A stretch of DNA of 64,000 nucleotides from Sarea resinae (lineage: Eukaryota). The notes beneath the pieces are model-generated. The model did not search any database, was not told the DNA's origin, and saw only the letters and a list, made by a program, of their open reading frames with translations. The stretch spans positions 186,001 through 250,000 of the forward strand of contig JAPEUD010000015.1 in assembly GCA_026026165.1 (NCBI GenBank). The letters run 5' to 3'. Shown here piece after piece: positions 12,174-26,056 of this stretch; the first letter of the stretch is position 1, and the number at the start of each line of letters is the position of its first letter. The translations under genes were made by a program, and so were the position numbers.

Positions 12174-15100
12174 CGTAAAAGCGTAAATGTGCAGTTGCAT
12201 GAATCCGAGACGTTTCAACGCGAGTCGCGCCGGAACCTCGCGATCTTGGTCGATGTCGCCGGCCTGATATGTGAGTTATAGATGATTATGCGGAATACGA
12301 GCAGAAAGAATGGATCAGTCTCGAGTGACTGTGAAGGAGCGAAATGGCATCATGCTCAGCACACGGCGCAGCACTTAGCACAGCATACTTGGGCCAGGCA
12401 GCATAGCAACCGGATTAGTCAGTGTGTACGAAGTATACGATGTCAAAACAGCAGCTCGAGGTCGAAATGGAGCGTAGGGTGTGTGTGAACGAATGTGTAT
12501 GGAGCGACGACAGTGTGTAGTTCAGCCTTGCCTACCTACTAATGGTGAATGAGATGGAAATGGCTCTGCCAAGAAGTGGTGAAAGATGACGAGCATGTCA
12601 GCACTGAGCAAGCAGCAGCGCAGTGGCCGCACCACATCGCATACCATACCATACCAGTGCTGGCGGGGGACTGGATCTGGGCCGCGTGCGTGGGGGGCCG
12701 AAGCTTCAAGCTTGCAAACAAAGGGGTCGTCGCTAAGCCGTCTTGGTTCGGCCCCTTCGGCCCCTTGACGGCCCAGTCTGGACGTCTATTTTGACCCTGT
12801 CCAGATCGTGCCACCAACCGGCGGCTGCACTACTATGGCACATACTTCATGTCCCACTCAAACTGGATCTCGCATCTTTCCTTCCGACTGATTCACAGCC
12901 GTCAGTTCGAGATAAATCATCCTGGACGCGAATCCCCGCCGAGCCGAGAGGAGAATGTCTTGGTGGAGATAAGCTGGAGGTATGGCGCCGGCGGGAAATT
13001 ACTTGAATGCACGAGTACCATGTACGGGCACGCCGAGCGTTGTTCCTAGAGTCCGCAGACTCGAGGTGAGAAATAGCTAGTCAAGTCTGCAGCCACTGCT
13101 GATTATTGGCAACTCATGAAGAAACCGTGAAGCGATACGGGCACTTTTGGTAATACGAAGTGGTCAGGTTGTGAGGTCCTTCGTACTCGGTCCAATAGCA
13201 GGTACAGCCAGAAGAGGGCCGCCGAGAGCCGGTACGAAGTACAGAACTTCAAGTTCATGACAGGCGGAGGTGTACCTATCTTCGTCCCTGTATCGTACAG
13301 CGTAGTACTCCGTCTTCCGTACCTCCTGTCGCTATTTTTACCCAAATACCTCCAATCGATCTCTATTCTGCGCACCACTCGAGCTACCAGGAGCCCTCCA
13401 GGGCTAGTCGCCGTGCTCTCTCACCTTAGCCGCATCTCCTCGTCTCAGAATGTTCTACGAAGTATGGCGCAGGGATTGGAGTACTAAGGGAGTACGAAGT
13501 GCGCAAGTCGCTCGTACCCTCTCTTACCGACTAAGTATAACCTTCCTCCAAGGCAAATAGCTCAAGATGATCCGGTAGTGAGGAGTAGCCGCGATCGGAC
13601 ACACCCACTTCACCGGCACCACCATCAGAAGTGACCGTGTGGGTGGTATGCGTCAGACTGGACTTCACACGTCGCGGTTATTTATGGCATACTCCGGAGC
13701 AGATCTGACGCCTGACATCCAACGTGATTGCTGCAGTCGATCATGACAAGATTAGAAGTGTCGCCTTCGACATGTCTCGAAGAGATCTACTACTGTAGTA
13801 GAGATGATGGACAGACTTCATCATCTACCTCAGGTACTATGGTACTTCATACGAGCATCCAATGCCTCTTTATCGGATGATGACTGTTCGAACCTTAAGA
13901 TACTAGGTAGGCCTTGATACTCTGGTCTGGTACCCTGTACGTCTTTATCTTGATCCCTGCAGCATCGCGAACTCGACGTCTTCCTGCCACGATGATATCG
14001 GATGGATGGACGGACGGCACATGAATGAGTTTGATACCATTTTCATGATTTGAGAAACTCTCATTCTCTGCAAGCCTCTAGTGAAAGCTTGATTTATCCC
14101 AAATGGTCAATCTCAGTCTGTCCTCCGCCCGTACTCCGGAGTACAGCCCGCTGCATAGTACTAGGAGGACGCCCGTCTATCATTGGATATCTTGGAATGA
14201 GGTACAGTAAGATGCTCGACGTACCTTGGAGTGCTACATGGTACTGCCGTAGTCACGTAAGGGTCGTCAGTCGAACCATTGATACGATCAGTGCAAGTTG
14301 ATACCTGCCGGGTGAGGCCTGCTTGGATTTACTGCTATCAATGTAGGTACCTTACCTACCTTAGGTACTCTGCAGTTCACTGCATCTCGTATCCATTAGG
14401 TGTCAATGTAACCTCCACTTCAGAACATCAAGAGGCCGGCACACTGGTACAGAGTACTCCGTATGAGTAGAGAAATAGGCCCCAAATACATCCAAATATA
14501 TCACAAGCCACATCAATGGTTTCCAGGTTCTCATGGGTCTCGCCACTTACGATCACGGTCGAGCTGCCAACCATGTGCAGCCACGAGGTGGTCGTGCATT
14601 GATACTCCGGAGTACTCTCTCTTTCCGCCCGGGTGGCACAGCCCGGCAGTGCCAAGTCCCTGCAATTTCCTCCAGAGTCTCATGAGTCCCAAGACAGACC
14701 TGGGTAGCGAATGCTCGCCGAAAAGTACCAGAAGTATCATTAGCCCGTCCTGACCGCGGACCTTTGCAGATAGCAGAGGAGTGGCTACGGCATGGGTACG
14801 GCCCCGTTACCATCGGTACCCGGCAGTGACTCCCCATATCATCCGGGTACGAAGTGACCTTCTAGGACCGGACCCAACCTTGGCTGTCCCTTGGCTGTCC
14901 CTTAGTCGTCCTTAGTCGGCACCCTCTTCAATGCTCTATGCCCGATACCGTATTTTCTGCTTCCAATGTTCCAAACGCGACTTCAGCGAGAGATCCCTCC
15001 CAACATCAAAGCCTGCTCGACGGTTCGCGCCTTCGCTCGCATCCTCGCCCGGGGCAGGGTGCCGCGGGACTCAAGTCGCATGGAGGACACGCCCCTGGCA

Positions 15101-15422
15101 CTGGCATTGGCACTGGCACCGGCTCTGGCTGGTACTCGAGCCCCTCGACTCGCTTTCGCACTGACGCGCGTGCAAGAGAAAAAGGCGAGTCGAAACTTGA
15201 AGCGTCCTGCTCTTGAGCCCTATGAACGCCATGGCGTCTCAAACGACCCTGAGCCGAGAGGTGCCATTCCCCATCGAGGCATGGTGGACGGCCACGCGTG
15301 CCGCCAAGATCACCTCGAATTACCTCAAACGTGAGAGCTAATTCGATCGATTCGGGCGCTTGCTTGCCCTCTTCCACGCCAACGTAAGCTTAATAGAGCG
15401 TGATAAAGAAACTTTGATCATG

Positions 15423-15462
15423 TAGCTTGGTAGCTTGGTAGCCTGGTAGCCTGGTAGCCTGG
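15423..15462 (+). repeat. 8-bp tandem repeat (TAGCYTGG)x5
   Basis: tagcttgg tagcttgg tagcctgg tagcctgg tagcctgg, read directly. Confidence 0.9.
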
Positions 15463-15520
15463 ATGCCCTGGGCTACTTTGGGGCCCAAATAGCATCCTCT
15501 ATACTACCTTGGGTATTATC

Positions 15521-15570
15521 GCTGCCACTGCTGCCACTGCTGCCACTGCTGCGACTACTGCGACTACTGT
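15521..15570 (+). repeat. 9-bp tandem repeat (GCTGCCACT-like) x about 5
   Basis: gctgccact gctgccact gctgccact gctgcgact actgcgact. Confidence 0.9.
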
Positions 15571-16579
15571 ACTTCGTATATTCCTTTGCCGGTGTCTTGA
15601 CCTCCAGCTGGCGGAGAATACGACCTGGGACCCGTACGGCTGCGGCATTGCCGAATCCTTGATCCTTCCCCGAACAGACAAGTCACCCTCCACCGTTCGG
15701 CGCTTTAGGTGCATCATCGTTCGTTCACCGGTTGGCCCATTTGGACATGGCCGGCTCCAGTGCTGGCTATCATTTGCTGCTCCGCAACTGAACGACTGCG
15801 ATGCATACCACCTTGCCACCTTGCTCTGCCTCCCTTCTGTAGCGGCTCCGATGAGCAGCTCTCTTTCAAGGCTGAAATCGGGAGGCCACCATCCTTGCCC
15901 TTTTTGCCATCATTACCACCATCCTTCCTGCTCTCCCGTGGTGGGGGACCCCGTGCGGCTTAGCTGATACGGCAACGACGCAGCAGTGAATCACTCTCAA
16001 TCATGCACGTCCTCGACGCTAAAGTCACAAAGCCACTTCGACGAGCCCTGGTTGACCGCTTTCGACTATGTTTCTCCGTGTCTGGGTGTGGCCGAGACTT
16101 GACCTTGTTTCCTGATATGGCAACATGGTGAATCCTAGTCCTGCCAGGACCCATGACAGATGGCTTGCTTGGCACTGATGATGGCACCGTCTGCCTTGGT
16201 GCTCGCCCTGCCTATGCGGGCCATGTATAATCTACTCATTCTGCCGCCTTCTGCGAGGCCTTTCCATCCGTCAAATTAATGCTTTCCCAATTGTTTTCCT
16301 TTCTTCTTGCTAGACTTCGTCATTCATCTCCGCTCGTTTACGGTATCCTCTTTGGCTCTCTACTAACAAGCCAGCCTTATCCGTTCACTCGCTCGGCGCT
16401 TTGGTAATACCTGCTGCTCACCCGATTTCTGAGGTGGGGAGAGATTCACCTCTTTACATTAAATGACGACCTTTCTCCCGGTGTGACCCCTCCATATTTC
16501 GTCCTGGCCGAAAACGCACCTCACTTGATATCCCAGCCTTTGGGCTGTCTCTGGTTTAATGATCCGCTCTTCGAAGATC

Positions 16580-19500
16580 ATGCGGCTATCGACGACGTCG
16601 ACCGCAGGCGCCCTGCTGGGGTTGCTGGTAGCGTCAACGACCGCTCTCCGTTATGATCCCCAATATGTCGGCCAAAACCTGAACGAGAACAAGACAGCAA
16701 CTAATCCGCTGGACTACTGGGGGGAATGGCCGAATCACACATATGCTGCTTCACCAGATAATTGGAGATTGCCATTTTATAGCTTCATGTTAGACAGGTT
16801 TGTCAACGGCGAGCCCTCTAACGATGATGCCAACGCGACGGCTTGGGAGCATGATCTTATGGGGACCCAACTGCGTCATGGTGGCGATATCCAGGGCCTC
16901 CGAGACTCGCTGGACTATATACAAGGCATGGGAGTTAGGGTAAAGGAAATACATCGCGCAAAGGAAACTCAGCTTACCATCTTTTTAGGGTATCTATCTC
17001 GCAGGTAGCCCGTTCATCAATATGCCGTGGGCGGCCGACGGTTACAGCCCTTTGGACTTCACCCTGCTTGATCCTCATCTCGGTGATATTCAGGCATGGC
17101 GAGACACCATTACAGACATTCACGAGCGTAGAATGTATGTGATTTTGGATAACACAATGTCCACGTCAGTATTCGTTTTCCTGCTACTTACGAGAATAAT
17201 CAATTGACGTCTGAACGCAGTATGGGAGACTTGATCGGCTTCGAGGGATATTTAAATGCCAGCACACCGTACGATCCCGGCGAGCATAATGCCTTGTGGA
17301 AGACCGAAAGGCATTACCACGATTTTTCTTTTGGCAACAACGAACTGGCGAAATGCGAATACCCAAGATTCTGGGATGACGACGGTCACGAAGTACTCAA
17401 GAATGGAACCGAAGATTTGATCGGCTGCCGTGATAGTGACTTCGATCAGGTATGTGACTTGATTTTCAATCCAGATCATGTCGCTCTCCAAGCTAATATG
17501 ATTCAAAATAAAAGTACGGTGACATCGCGGCTTTTGGCGACTACCCTGAGTGGCAACGCCAAATATCGAAATTTGCGTTTGTTCAGGATCGTTTGCGCGA
17601 GTGGCGAACCGATGTGCGTGAGAGGATTCAGCACATGTCATGCATCACCATTGCAATGCTCGACATCGATGGGTTCCGAATGGATAAAGGGCTCCAGATC
17701 ACGGTGGACGCTCAGGCTGAATTTGCAGATTATTTACGGCAATGTGCTAGTAATCTTGGCAAAGACAATTTCTACATCACTGGCGAAATCGTGGCTGGTA
17801 ACTCTTTTGGATCCATCTACATTGGCAGAGGAAAGGAGCCATCAATGGCCGTCGAAAATGTGACCGAGGTGGTGACTATGACGAATCATTCAGCCGAAAA
17901 TTCACTCTACATCCGCGACTTTGGGAAGAGCGCTTTTGACGGCGCTGCGTTTCACTACACGATTTATCGTGCTCTCACAAGATTCCTCGGGCTGGACGGC
18001 AAGATGGCCGCCGCTGGAGATCCTCCCGTCAACTGGGTGTCCACCTGGGAAGCCATCATGCAAACAAATGATTTGATCAACGCCAACACCGGTGTTTTCG
18101 ACCCTCGACACATGTACGGTGTTACCAATCAGGACGTTTTTCGATGGCCTGGAATCAAGAACGGGACAGACAAACAGCTACTAGGACTATTTATTATTAC
18201 GCTGCAATTACCAGGGGTACCAATGCTGTCTTGGGGAGAAGAGCAAGCATTCTATGTACTGGACAGTACTGCGAATAATTACGTATTTGGCCGACAAGCT
18301 ATGTCGTCAGCCCAAGCCTGGCAACTACATGGATGTTATAAAGTGGGATCTCAAAAATATTGGGATTTTCCACTGGAAAGTTCAAATGTTGCTTGTGAGG
18401 ACGATTCTGTCAGCCTCGACCACCGAGATCCTTCTCATCCTGTTCGGAACATCATCAAGTCGATGTTTGAAATGCGTCAGCGGTTCCCGGTCTTGAACGA
18501 CGGCTACCATCTTCAGCAGCTCTCTAATCAAACTTATGACATCTATCTTCCAGGTTCAGGTACCACACCTACCGAGACTGGACTGTGGAGCGTGGCTCGA
18601 ACGCGCGTTGCCGGCGTCCAAGATTTCACCGGCAAGAAGCAGGGAAACACCAGCATCTGGTTGGTATACACGAACGAAAATGTCGCGAAGAACTACACCT
18701 TCGATTGCGCGATCTCAACCTTGGGTTTAATAGCGCCTTTTGACCGGAACACTACTGTCAAGAATCTGTTCTATCCATATGATGAATACACCCTAAAGAG
18801 TTCGCTCCAGAAATTATGGCTTCCCGATCAGGCAGATTTCAATGGCTGCTTGTCTTCATTGAATATGACCGCCTGGGGATATAAAGCGTTCGTTCCAAAA
18901 GACAAGTTTATCATGCCTTCGCCAGTTATAACTCGCTTCCTGCCTGGCCACGATCAGCGCCTAGTATCGACTGTTGGTAAAGATGGGCAAGAATCGGTGC
19001 AAATCCAGCTCTACTTCTCCGCCGAGATGGACTGCGACAGTGTGACCAATTCGCTGTCTCTCAACTCCACTACCGAAAACGGTTCCACTGCTCTCCTAGA
19101 CAAGGACTCAATTGAATGTCACACTCTTGACACCATCCAGTCTCCAGCTTATGCTGGTGACATGCCTACCGTCTGGAACTTTACCGCCAAGCTGTTCAAT
19201 GTCTCTAACGGAGTTCATACCATAACCATAAAAAATGCTACAAACCAAGACAAGGATGCTTTCACCAATTCCGTGGATCATTTCATGTTCCGCATCGGTC
19301 AAAAAGATAACCCTATGGTCTTCCCTACGGCTGCTAACTACAGTACTTCCCTCCTATTTAAAAACACCAGCAGTGGCGATCTCTGGCTGTCTCATAAGGC
19401 CGCAGGAGCTGACAAATTTCGATACTCGACCAACTGGGGCTCCAGCTACAGTGACTGGGAACCATATACCGGTGCCAATACCACCATCACACCTCAATCA

Positions 19501-22500
19501 TGGAATGGTACCAGCACTCAGAAGTGGAAGGGCGACCATGTGATGGTACAGTACTGGAGTCGCATGACCGGAAGTAGCGACCACCTTCAGCAGGGTGATG
19601 TGGCCGGCTCTAAAGGCCCTCCTCGAAGGTTTCCTCACTTATATATCCATGGACCTTTCAATGAATTTGGGTATGACGCAGGCCTACCGAATAAGATGAA
19701 ACAAGATTCTGAGGGTAACTGGAATGTCAATTATATGACGGAGTGGCCCGGCCAATTCCAGATCAATGCCTGGGGCATGAACCCGGACGGAAAACCAGAC
19801 TTGACGAGGGCTTATGGAGATATCGACAACGATACCGTTCTCGACCTGATACCACCGATCACCCTCGAAGATGCCGTGGTCAATGTCACATCTATGCCGC
19901 CATCCCCTTATCTCGCATACCGAATTTCAGTCAATGATGGGAATCTTCGATTTCAATTGATACCCGTCGGCTCTCGCTGGGAGCAACTGGCTCTTTTCCT
20001 CCTCCTGGGTCTCATTCCCATAATTACAGCTTCTGCTGCGGTTTACATCTACACAAGGGCATTCTACCAGGTCAAGTTCAACCAGATTGGAGTGGACGAG
20101 AAGGGTGGATTCCGCACATGGGGTATCTGGCAAAAGCTAAACCCTTATCGATGGCTACACCAAGGTTTTGAAAGAGTTGGTCCAACGCAGGTGGAGACTT
20201 CTACGGAATTACGAGAAGCTGGTGCCGGATACTTTGAGCGACCCACTGCCGAAGCTGGAGCGATCGTAAAAGCACCAAGGAAAACCATTCTCATTGCGAC
20301 CATGGAATATGATATCGAAGACTGGGGTATCAAAGTCAAAATTGGTGGCCTGGGCGTCATGGCTCAGATCATGGGGAAAAGACTTGGCCACCAGGATTTG
20401 ATCTGGGTGGTGCCTTGCGTTGGTGGAATCGACTTCCCTGTGGATGAAATCGCTCCACCAATGGTCGTCACGGTCCTAGGAAAGGACTACATCATCAACG
20501 TGCAATATCACCAGCTCCGCAACATTACTTACGTTCTCCTTGATGCTCCTGTCTTCAGACAGCAGACAAAGTCGGAACCATATCCCCCGAGGATGGACGA
20601 TATCGACAGCGCAATTTACTATTCTGCTTGGAACTCTTGTATTGCCGAAACAATGAAGCGATTTCCCATTGACCTTTATCACATCAACGACTATCACGGA
20701 GCAATAGCTCCCTTGCACCTGTTGCCGAAGACAATACCTTGCTGCTTGTCTCTTCATAACGCGGAATTCCAGGGCCTATGGCCTCTGAGGAACGCCCAAG
20801 AAATGCATGAAGTCTGCGAAGTTTTCAATCTGGAGCCAGAAATTGTTAAGCGGTACGTTCAGTTCGGTGAAGTGTTCAATCTTCTTCATGCTGGAGCAAG
20901 CTACCTACGCATTCATCAAAAAGGGTACGGCGCTGTTGGCGTTTCTACCAAATACGGCAAAAGATCCTTTGCCCGCTATCCCATTTTTTGGGGCTTGGCC
21001 AAAATCGGAGGACTGCCGAATCCCGATCCCGACGACATTGGTGATTGGGACAAAGATGCCAAACCTGAACACCTAGGAGAAGTGACTATTGATGCGGAGT
21101 TTGAAGCAAAAAGGGCGGGGCTCAAACGTCAAGCTCAAGAATGGGCTGGCCTTGAGCAACGAGAAGACGCAGAGCTATTCGTCTTTGTAGGACGATGGTC
21201 AATGCAAAAGGGCATCGATCTTATCGCAGACGTCTTTCCAGCCATCTTGGAGGAGCAGCCCAGAGTTCAACTAATATGCGTTGGACCAGTCATCGACCTA
21301 TACGGAAAGTTCGCAGCACTGAAATTGGATAAGATGATGAGCGTTTATCCCGGAAGAGTATTTTCTAAGCCGGAATTTACAGCTCTGCCCCCCTATATCT
21401 TTAGCGGCGCGGAATTTGTGCTTATCCCGTCTCGGGACGAACCCTTTGGTCTGGTGGCAGTAGAATTCGGACGCAAGGGAGCGCTAGGGGTCGGTGCACG
21501 AGTCGGAGGCTTAGGACAGATGCCAGGTTGGTGGTATACCGTTGAATCTACGACAACGAAACATGTGATCCATCAGTTCAAAATGGCTATCCAAGGCGCC
21601 CTTTCATCGGACAACCGAACCCGCGCTGAAATGCGAGCTAGGTCGGCCAAGCAGCGTTTTCCAGTCGCACAGTGGGTTGAGGATGTTGGAAAGCTTCAGA
21701 GCACTGCCATCAAAATGCACCAGAAACAAGCTGCTAAGTCGCGCAACAAGCTCAGCTTGTCTGGCTTCTCAACTCCGGGAGGTTCGATGACTCCTTGGAA
21801 TCGAGACTCGTATAGGAATTCTATGGAACAGGTGGCTACTGCACCTTCCAGCCGGCCGCAAACCCCGACCGGGTTTCAAACTCCGACTGGGCTGCAAACT
21901 CCCAGTAGGCCGCAGACCGGACGGGCCCCAAGTCCTTCTAGGGAGGGTCCGCCTCTCGAGCCTGAACGCAATCATCTGTTCTCTTTGGGAATAAGACATG
22001 GACCTGGCCATGTGCCTAATCGTCCAAGGCATAGACTGACGAAATCAAATACGTCAAGAGGAACAAGCAGGGCACCTAGTCCGGAACGCGAGGAGCCAGT
22101 TCCAGAAGCTGTGGTGGAAGCTCAAAGAAGCCGCTTCAGCAGCAAACCCAAATTTGTGTTTCCCAGATCATCCCGAGAATACTCCGCTCAAGTTGACAAT
22201 AATTTTGAGAGACCTTATCACCTGAACGTGCCTGGAGGCTTAAGGGATGATGCGAGTATAGCCAGCGACGACGAATATCACAGTATCGTGGACGAGTATT
22301 TTCTGGCTCCAGAGGATACGCCGGCCATTGATGATGGCATGCATCAGCGCGCCTTCTCACGGGATCAGAGCTATACTACCTTGAATCAGGCCGCTGTGGA
22401 TAATAATCTTCCATTGCCTCCAGGTCCAAGGACCAAATTACTCGAACCTTCAACCCCGCCTACGCCCCATACGCCACAGTTCGAAGAGTCTCGCGTTCTA

Positions 22501-24296
22501 CTTTCTACTCCCGCTACCCAATCAGATGCTAATCTGAGTCTGTCGACTGTCGTGGGAGAAAAGCATGACTACAACTTGCAGCAAGTGGAACCCTTCTTTA
22601 ATGACCCTACAGGTCTCTACTTCAAGGTCTTCGGAAAGAAACTCGAGACTCTCAATGGGAAAACGTCTCTCGGACCGCTCTGCATTGAGGAATTCTTGGT
22701 CAAGAGTGAGAAACAATGGTTCTATCGTTTTTACCAGGCCAAAATGGGCAAGAAGAATGCGGCTACAACTCCCGCGACATCCGCAGTTTTCGGTGTCAAA
22801 ACGGCAACTCCAGCTGGATCGATTTTCGAGGGCTCTGTCGGCCGGGATGGTACGGACTCTGAATTCGGATCGGAGAATATGAATCAATTCCTGCTTCGCG
22901 ACGATTATACTCCGCCTTCAGGCGTGCGGAAGTTTCTGCAGTACAAGATTCGTGACTGGCCTATCTACACCTTTCTCCTTGCTCTAGGCCAAATCATCGC
23001 CGCGAACTCCTATCAGATCACTCTGCTCACGGGCGAGGTGGGTGAAGCGGCAGTGAAACTCTATGTTGTTGCAACCATCTACCTGGTCACGTCGATTTGT
23101 TGGTGGATGGTCTTCCGAACTTGCAAATCTCTCTATGTCCTCTCAACTCCATTTATTTTCTACGGTCTCGCTTTCTTCTTCCTTGGAATGGCCCCCTACG
23201 TGGGGTCCAGTGGTGGGAGAGGCTGGATGCAAAACATTGCAACCGGCATGTACGCTGTCGCCTCGTCTAGTGGTTCTTTCTTTTTTGCCCTGAATTTTGG
23301 GGGCGAAGGCAAGTTTTTCCCAAGATCCTAGTCATCCTGCAATCCTAATTTCGCGAATGTATAGGCTCCGCTCCGGTTGCAACATGGTCCTTTCGCGCGT
23401 GTGCCATCCAAGGTACACAACAAATCTACGTTATTGCGCTTTGGTACTGGGGCTCCCGCCTCAACCGACTCTCCAACCTTGGCGTCGCCTCCTCTTCCCT
23501 CATCACGTCGCGCTGGCCCGTCACAGCCATCACCGTCCCCATCGCCTGCCTCCTCTGGGTTATCGGTCTCCTCCTCCATTTTGGTCTTCCAGAGTATTAC
23601 CGCCAAGCACCCGGCCAAGTCCCTTCTTTTTACCGCTCCGTATTTCGGCGTAAAATTATCGGCTGGTTCTTCATCAGCGTACTCATCCAGAACTTCTTCC
23701 TCTCTGCTCCTTATGGACGCAACTGGAAGTTCCTATGGTCATCCAAATACGCCCCCACCTGGGCTCTCGTGTTGCTAATTTTCTTGTTCTTTGTCGTCAT
23801 CTGGGCCGCCTTCCTCTACCTCTTTGCCCGTCTCTCCACGTCTCACTCATGGATCCTCCCGCTCTTCGCCATCGGCCTAGGTGCCCCACGATGGTGCCAA
23901 CTACTCTGGTCGACCTCAAACATCGGCTTTTATCTCCCCTGGGCTGGCTCCGCCATTTCGTCCGCCTTACTCTCCCGCGTTCTCTGGCTCTGGCTTGGCG
24001 TCCTCGATGCACTCCAGGGCGTAGGCCTGGGCATGATTCTTCTGCAAACTCTGACGCGTTTCCACATCGCGTTCACGCTCATCAGCGCGCAAGTCCTGGG
24101 TTCTCTGGCTACCATCGTCGCCCGAGCTTGCGCACCCGATCGTATTGGACCCGGTGATATCTTTCCCGATTTCTCGGGCGGCGTGGGCGCGGGCTTGAGT
24201 GGTAACGCTTGGTTCTGGATCGGCATGATCTTCCAGATCATCGTCTGTATCGGATTCTTCATGTTCTTCCGCAAGGAACAGCTCTCGAAGCCTTAG
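16580..24296 (+). CDS. ags1: Cell-wall alpha-1,3-glucan synthase (Ags1/Mok1 family; extracellular GH13_22 + GT5 + multi-TM domain), about 2496 aa, 5 exons
   Basis: Signal peptide; WRLPFYSFMLDRFVNG, LDIDGFRMDK, NQDVFRWP; a single TM; EYDIEDWGIKVKIGGLG, PSRDEPFGLVAVEFGRKG; C-terminal multi-TM region ending FFRKEQLSKP. Introns 16940-16988, 17165-17220, 17450-17514 and 23309-23364 give a spliced length of 7491 nt, in frame. Confidence 0.97.
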
Positions 24297-24859
24297 GTGT
24301 GAGATTTTTTTCTTATGGTGGTCTTTTGCATTTTCGGCAATATCGAGTGGGGACGTAGTCCACGCTCTCTCTTCGATTCGTCCTTTTAGATCATTGAGGT
24401 TATGCTTTTGCGGTGGTTACACGTTGGGGGGCCATATTTGGATAGATTGATTTTGTAAATAGACGGACGGACGGACTGGTACGGCATGGCATGGGACAGG
24501 ATTGCTAATTTGTTTGCATGACGAATTTGTTTTGTTGTCTATGAAATCTCATCTACAGGCATTGTTTTCTACTTGGGTTTTATTTGCGTCACGAGTCTAT
24601 TTCCGCCACGACTTACATACGATTTCCTTTTCTCCGTCTTTTCTTTCCGAATGAATCAGCGTGTACACGACGGACGAGGCTTGCAAGCTTCTTTGGTCTG
24701 TTTGCTGGGCCTCTGTGGATATGTAGACTTATACTTTATCTATACCGTACGGAGAAATCTCATGAATATAATATGTCATACGAACCTATCTTTCCTTCCT
24801 CCCTTTTCTATAGTGAATGGGTGCACTGTACTATACTATCCTATACTATCATATCCTAT

Positions 24860-25160
24860 CCTATACAGCCCTTGCGCCTATTATAAGAGCTTCTACAAAC
24901 AAAGGGGCGCTACAGGTAGTGTGACCTACTAAGCCCTAGCCCTACACAGGACCTAATACTTAGCTGTACAAATAGTAATACAGGAAGGCGTCATATATCT
25001 ATATAGCAACGCTAGTTCACTAGGGATTAGTATTTACTAAGGTAGGGATTTACTAAAATCAAGTGCCTATTAGTAGTTATTATTAGCAGCTTGAGTTGGG
25101 CATTGCTATATAGGCCGGCGCCAAGAAGGAGGTACTCTCTACTATTGCTAGAAGTTTAGG
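24860..25160. mobile_element. Short TpA-rich, probably RIP-mutated repeat fragment
   Basis: Abrupt TA/TAG-rich island (ctactaagccctagccctac...ctagttcactagggattagtatttactaagg) between the convergent ags1 and SPT16 3' ends. Confidence 0.35.
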
Positions 25161-25163
25161 GAA

Positions 25164-25620
25164 GGGGGGGGGGGGGGGGGGGGGGGGGGGTCTGAGATAT
25201 ATCTAGTCCTGATTTTTTTTTTTTGGTTATTTTGTGTGGGAGGGGAAAAAGGCCGGGGGGGGTGGGCTGAGTGGCTGGTTGGCTGGCTATTGGGGAGGGA
25301 AAGGAAAAGATGGCGAGAGGAGAGAGAGAGAGAGAGATGGAGAGAGGGAGAGAGGGAGAGAAAAGGGTAGGGAGTGTGTGGTGGAATAATCACACGCGCG
25401 AGAAGATCTCGAATTCAACGTCAAGACGATGACACACGGAAGCAGGCTTGAAGCAGGCTTTCAAGACAATCCAGCCGAGCACAGGAGAGAGACAGAGAGA
25501 AAGAAAGAGAGAGAGAGAGGGAGAGAGAGAGGGGAGAGGGGGACAGAGAAAGAGAAAGAGACAGAGACAGCGAAAGCTGAACAGGACGCGCACAGAAGAG
25601 ACGGGACGAGATGGGACGGG
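25164..25620 (+). repeat. Poly-G (27 nt, 25164-25190), a poly-T run and (GA)n-rich low-complexity tracts
   Basis: Read directly from the sequence. Confidence 0.9.
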
Positions 25621-26056
25621 AAGCTTGACCGGGTCAGAGAAAAAAGAATTGATTCGATGAAGGATCATTTCCTAAGGTTTTCCCTTCTTCCTACCTAACC
25701 TAACCTAACCGAGCCTGAGACGCCAAAGACGGAAGGAGGAAAGAAACCTTCCCAACTGAGAAAACGAATAGAGGTACAGATGGCAATTGAAGAGAATAGA
25801 CGAAAAGAAAACAGAAGAAAGAAGAAAAGGGAACGCTTGGCGCTCGCTATTCTTGGCTTGTTTTTAGAAGAAAATGTGCTCCCCCCCTTCCGCCCTTGCC
25901 GCCATGGCCCCAACTACGCCCTCGTCCCCGTGACTAGGGTTGAGGACCAAGATCAAAGCGGCTGGAAGCGAGTCGTTATCTCTCCAGAATCGAAGAGCAA
26001 AAATCTTGGAATAGAGGTAAGAGGTAGAGGTAGAGGAGAGTGAAACAGAGCCACGA

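Larger units (their letters stand above)
12174..16579. promoter_or_regulatory. 4.4-kb divergent intergenic/promoter region shared by the amylase and ags genes
   Basis: Head-to-head start codons at 12173 (-) and 16580 (+). No credible ORF. Contains simple repeats and TACTCCGGAGTA palindromes. Confidence 0.7.

Noticed and set aside
17593..23331. 1912-aa ORF as a complete gene, with 23769-24296 as a separate gene
   Set aside because: Both are exons of the single ags1 gene, joined by the GC-AG intron.
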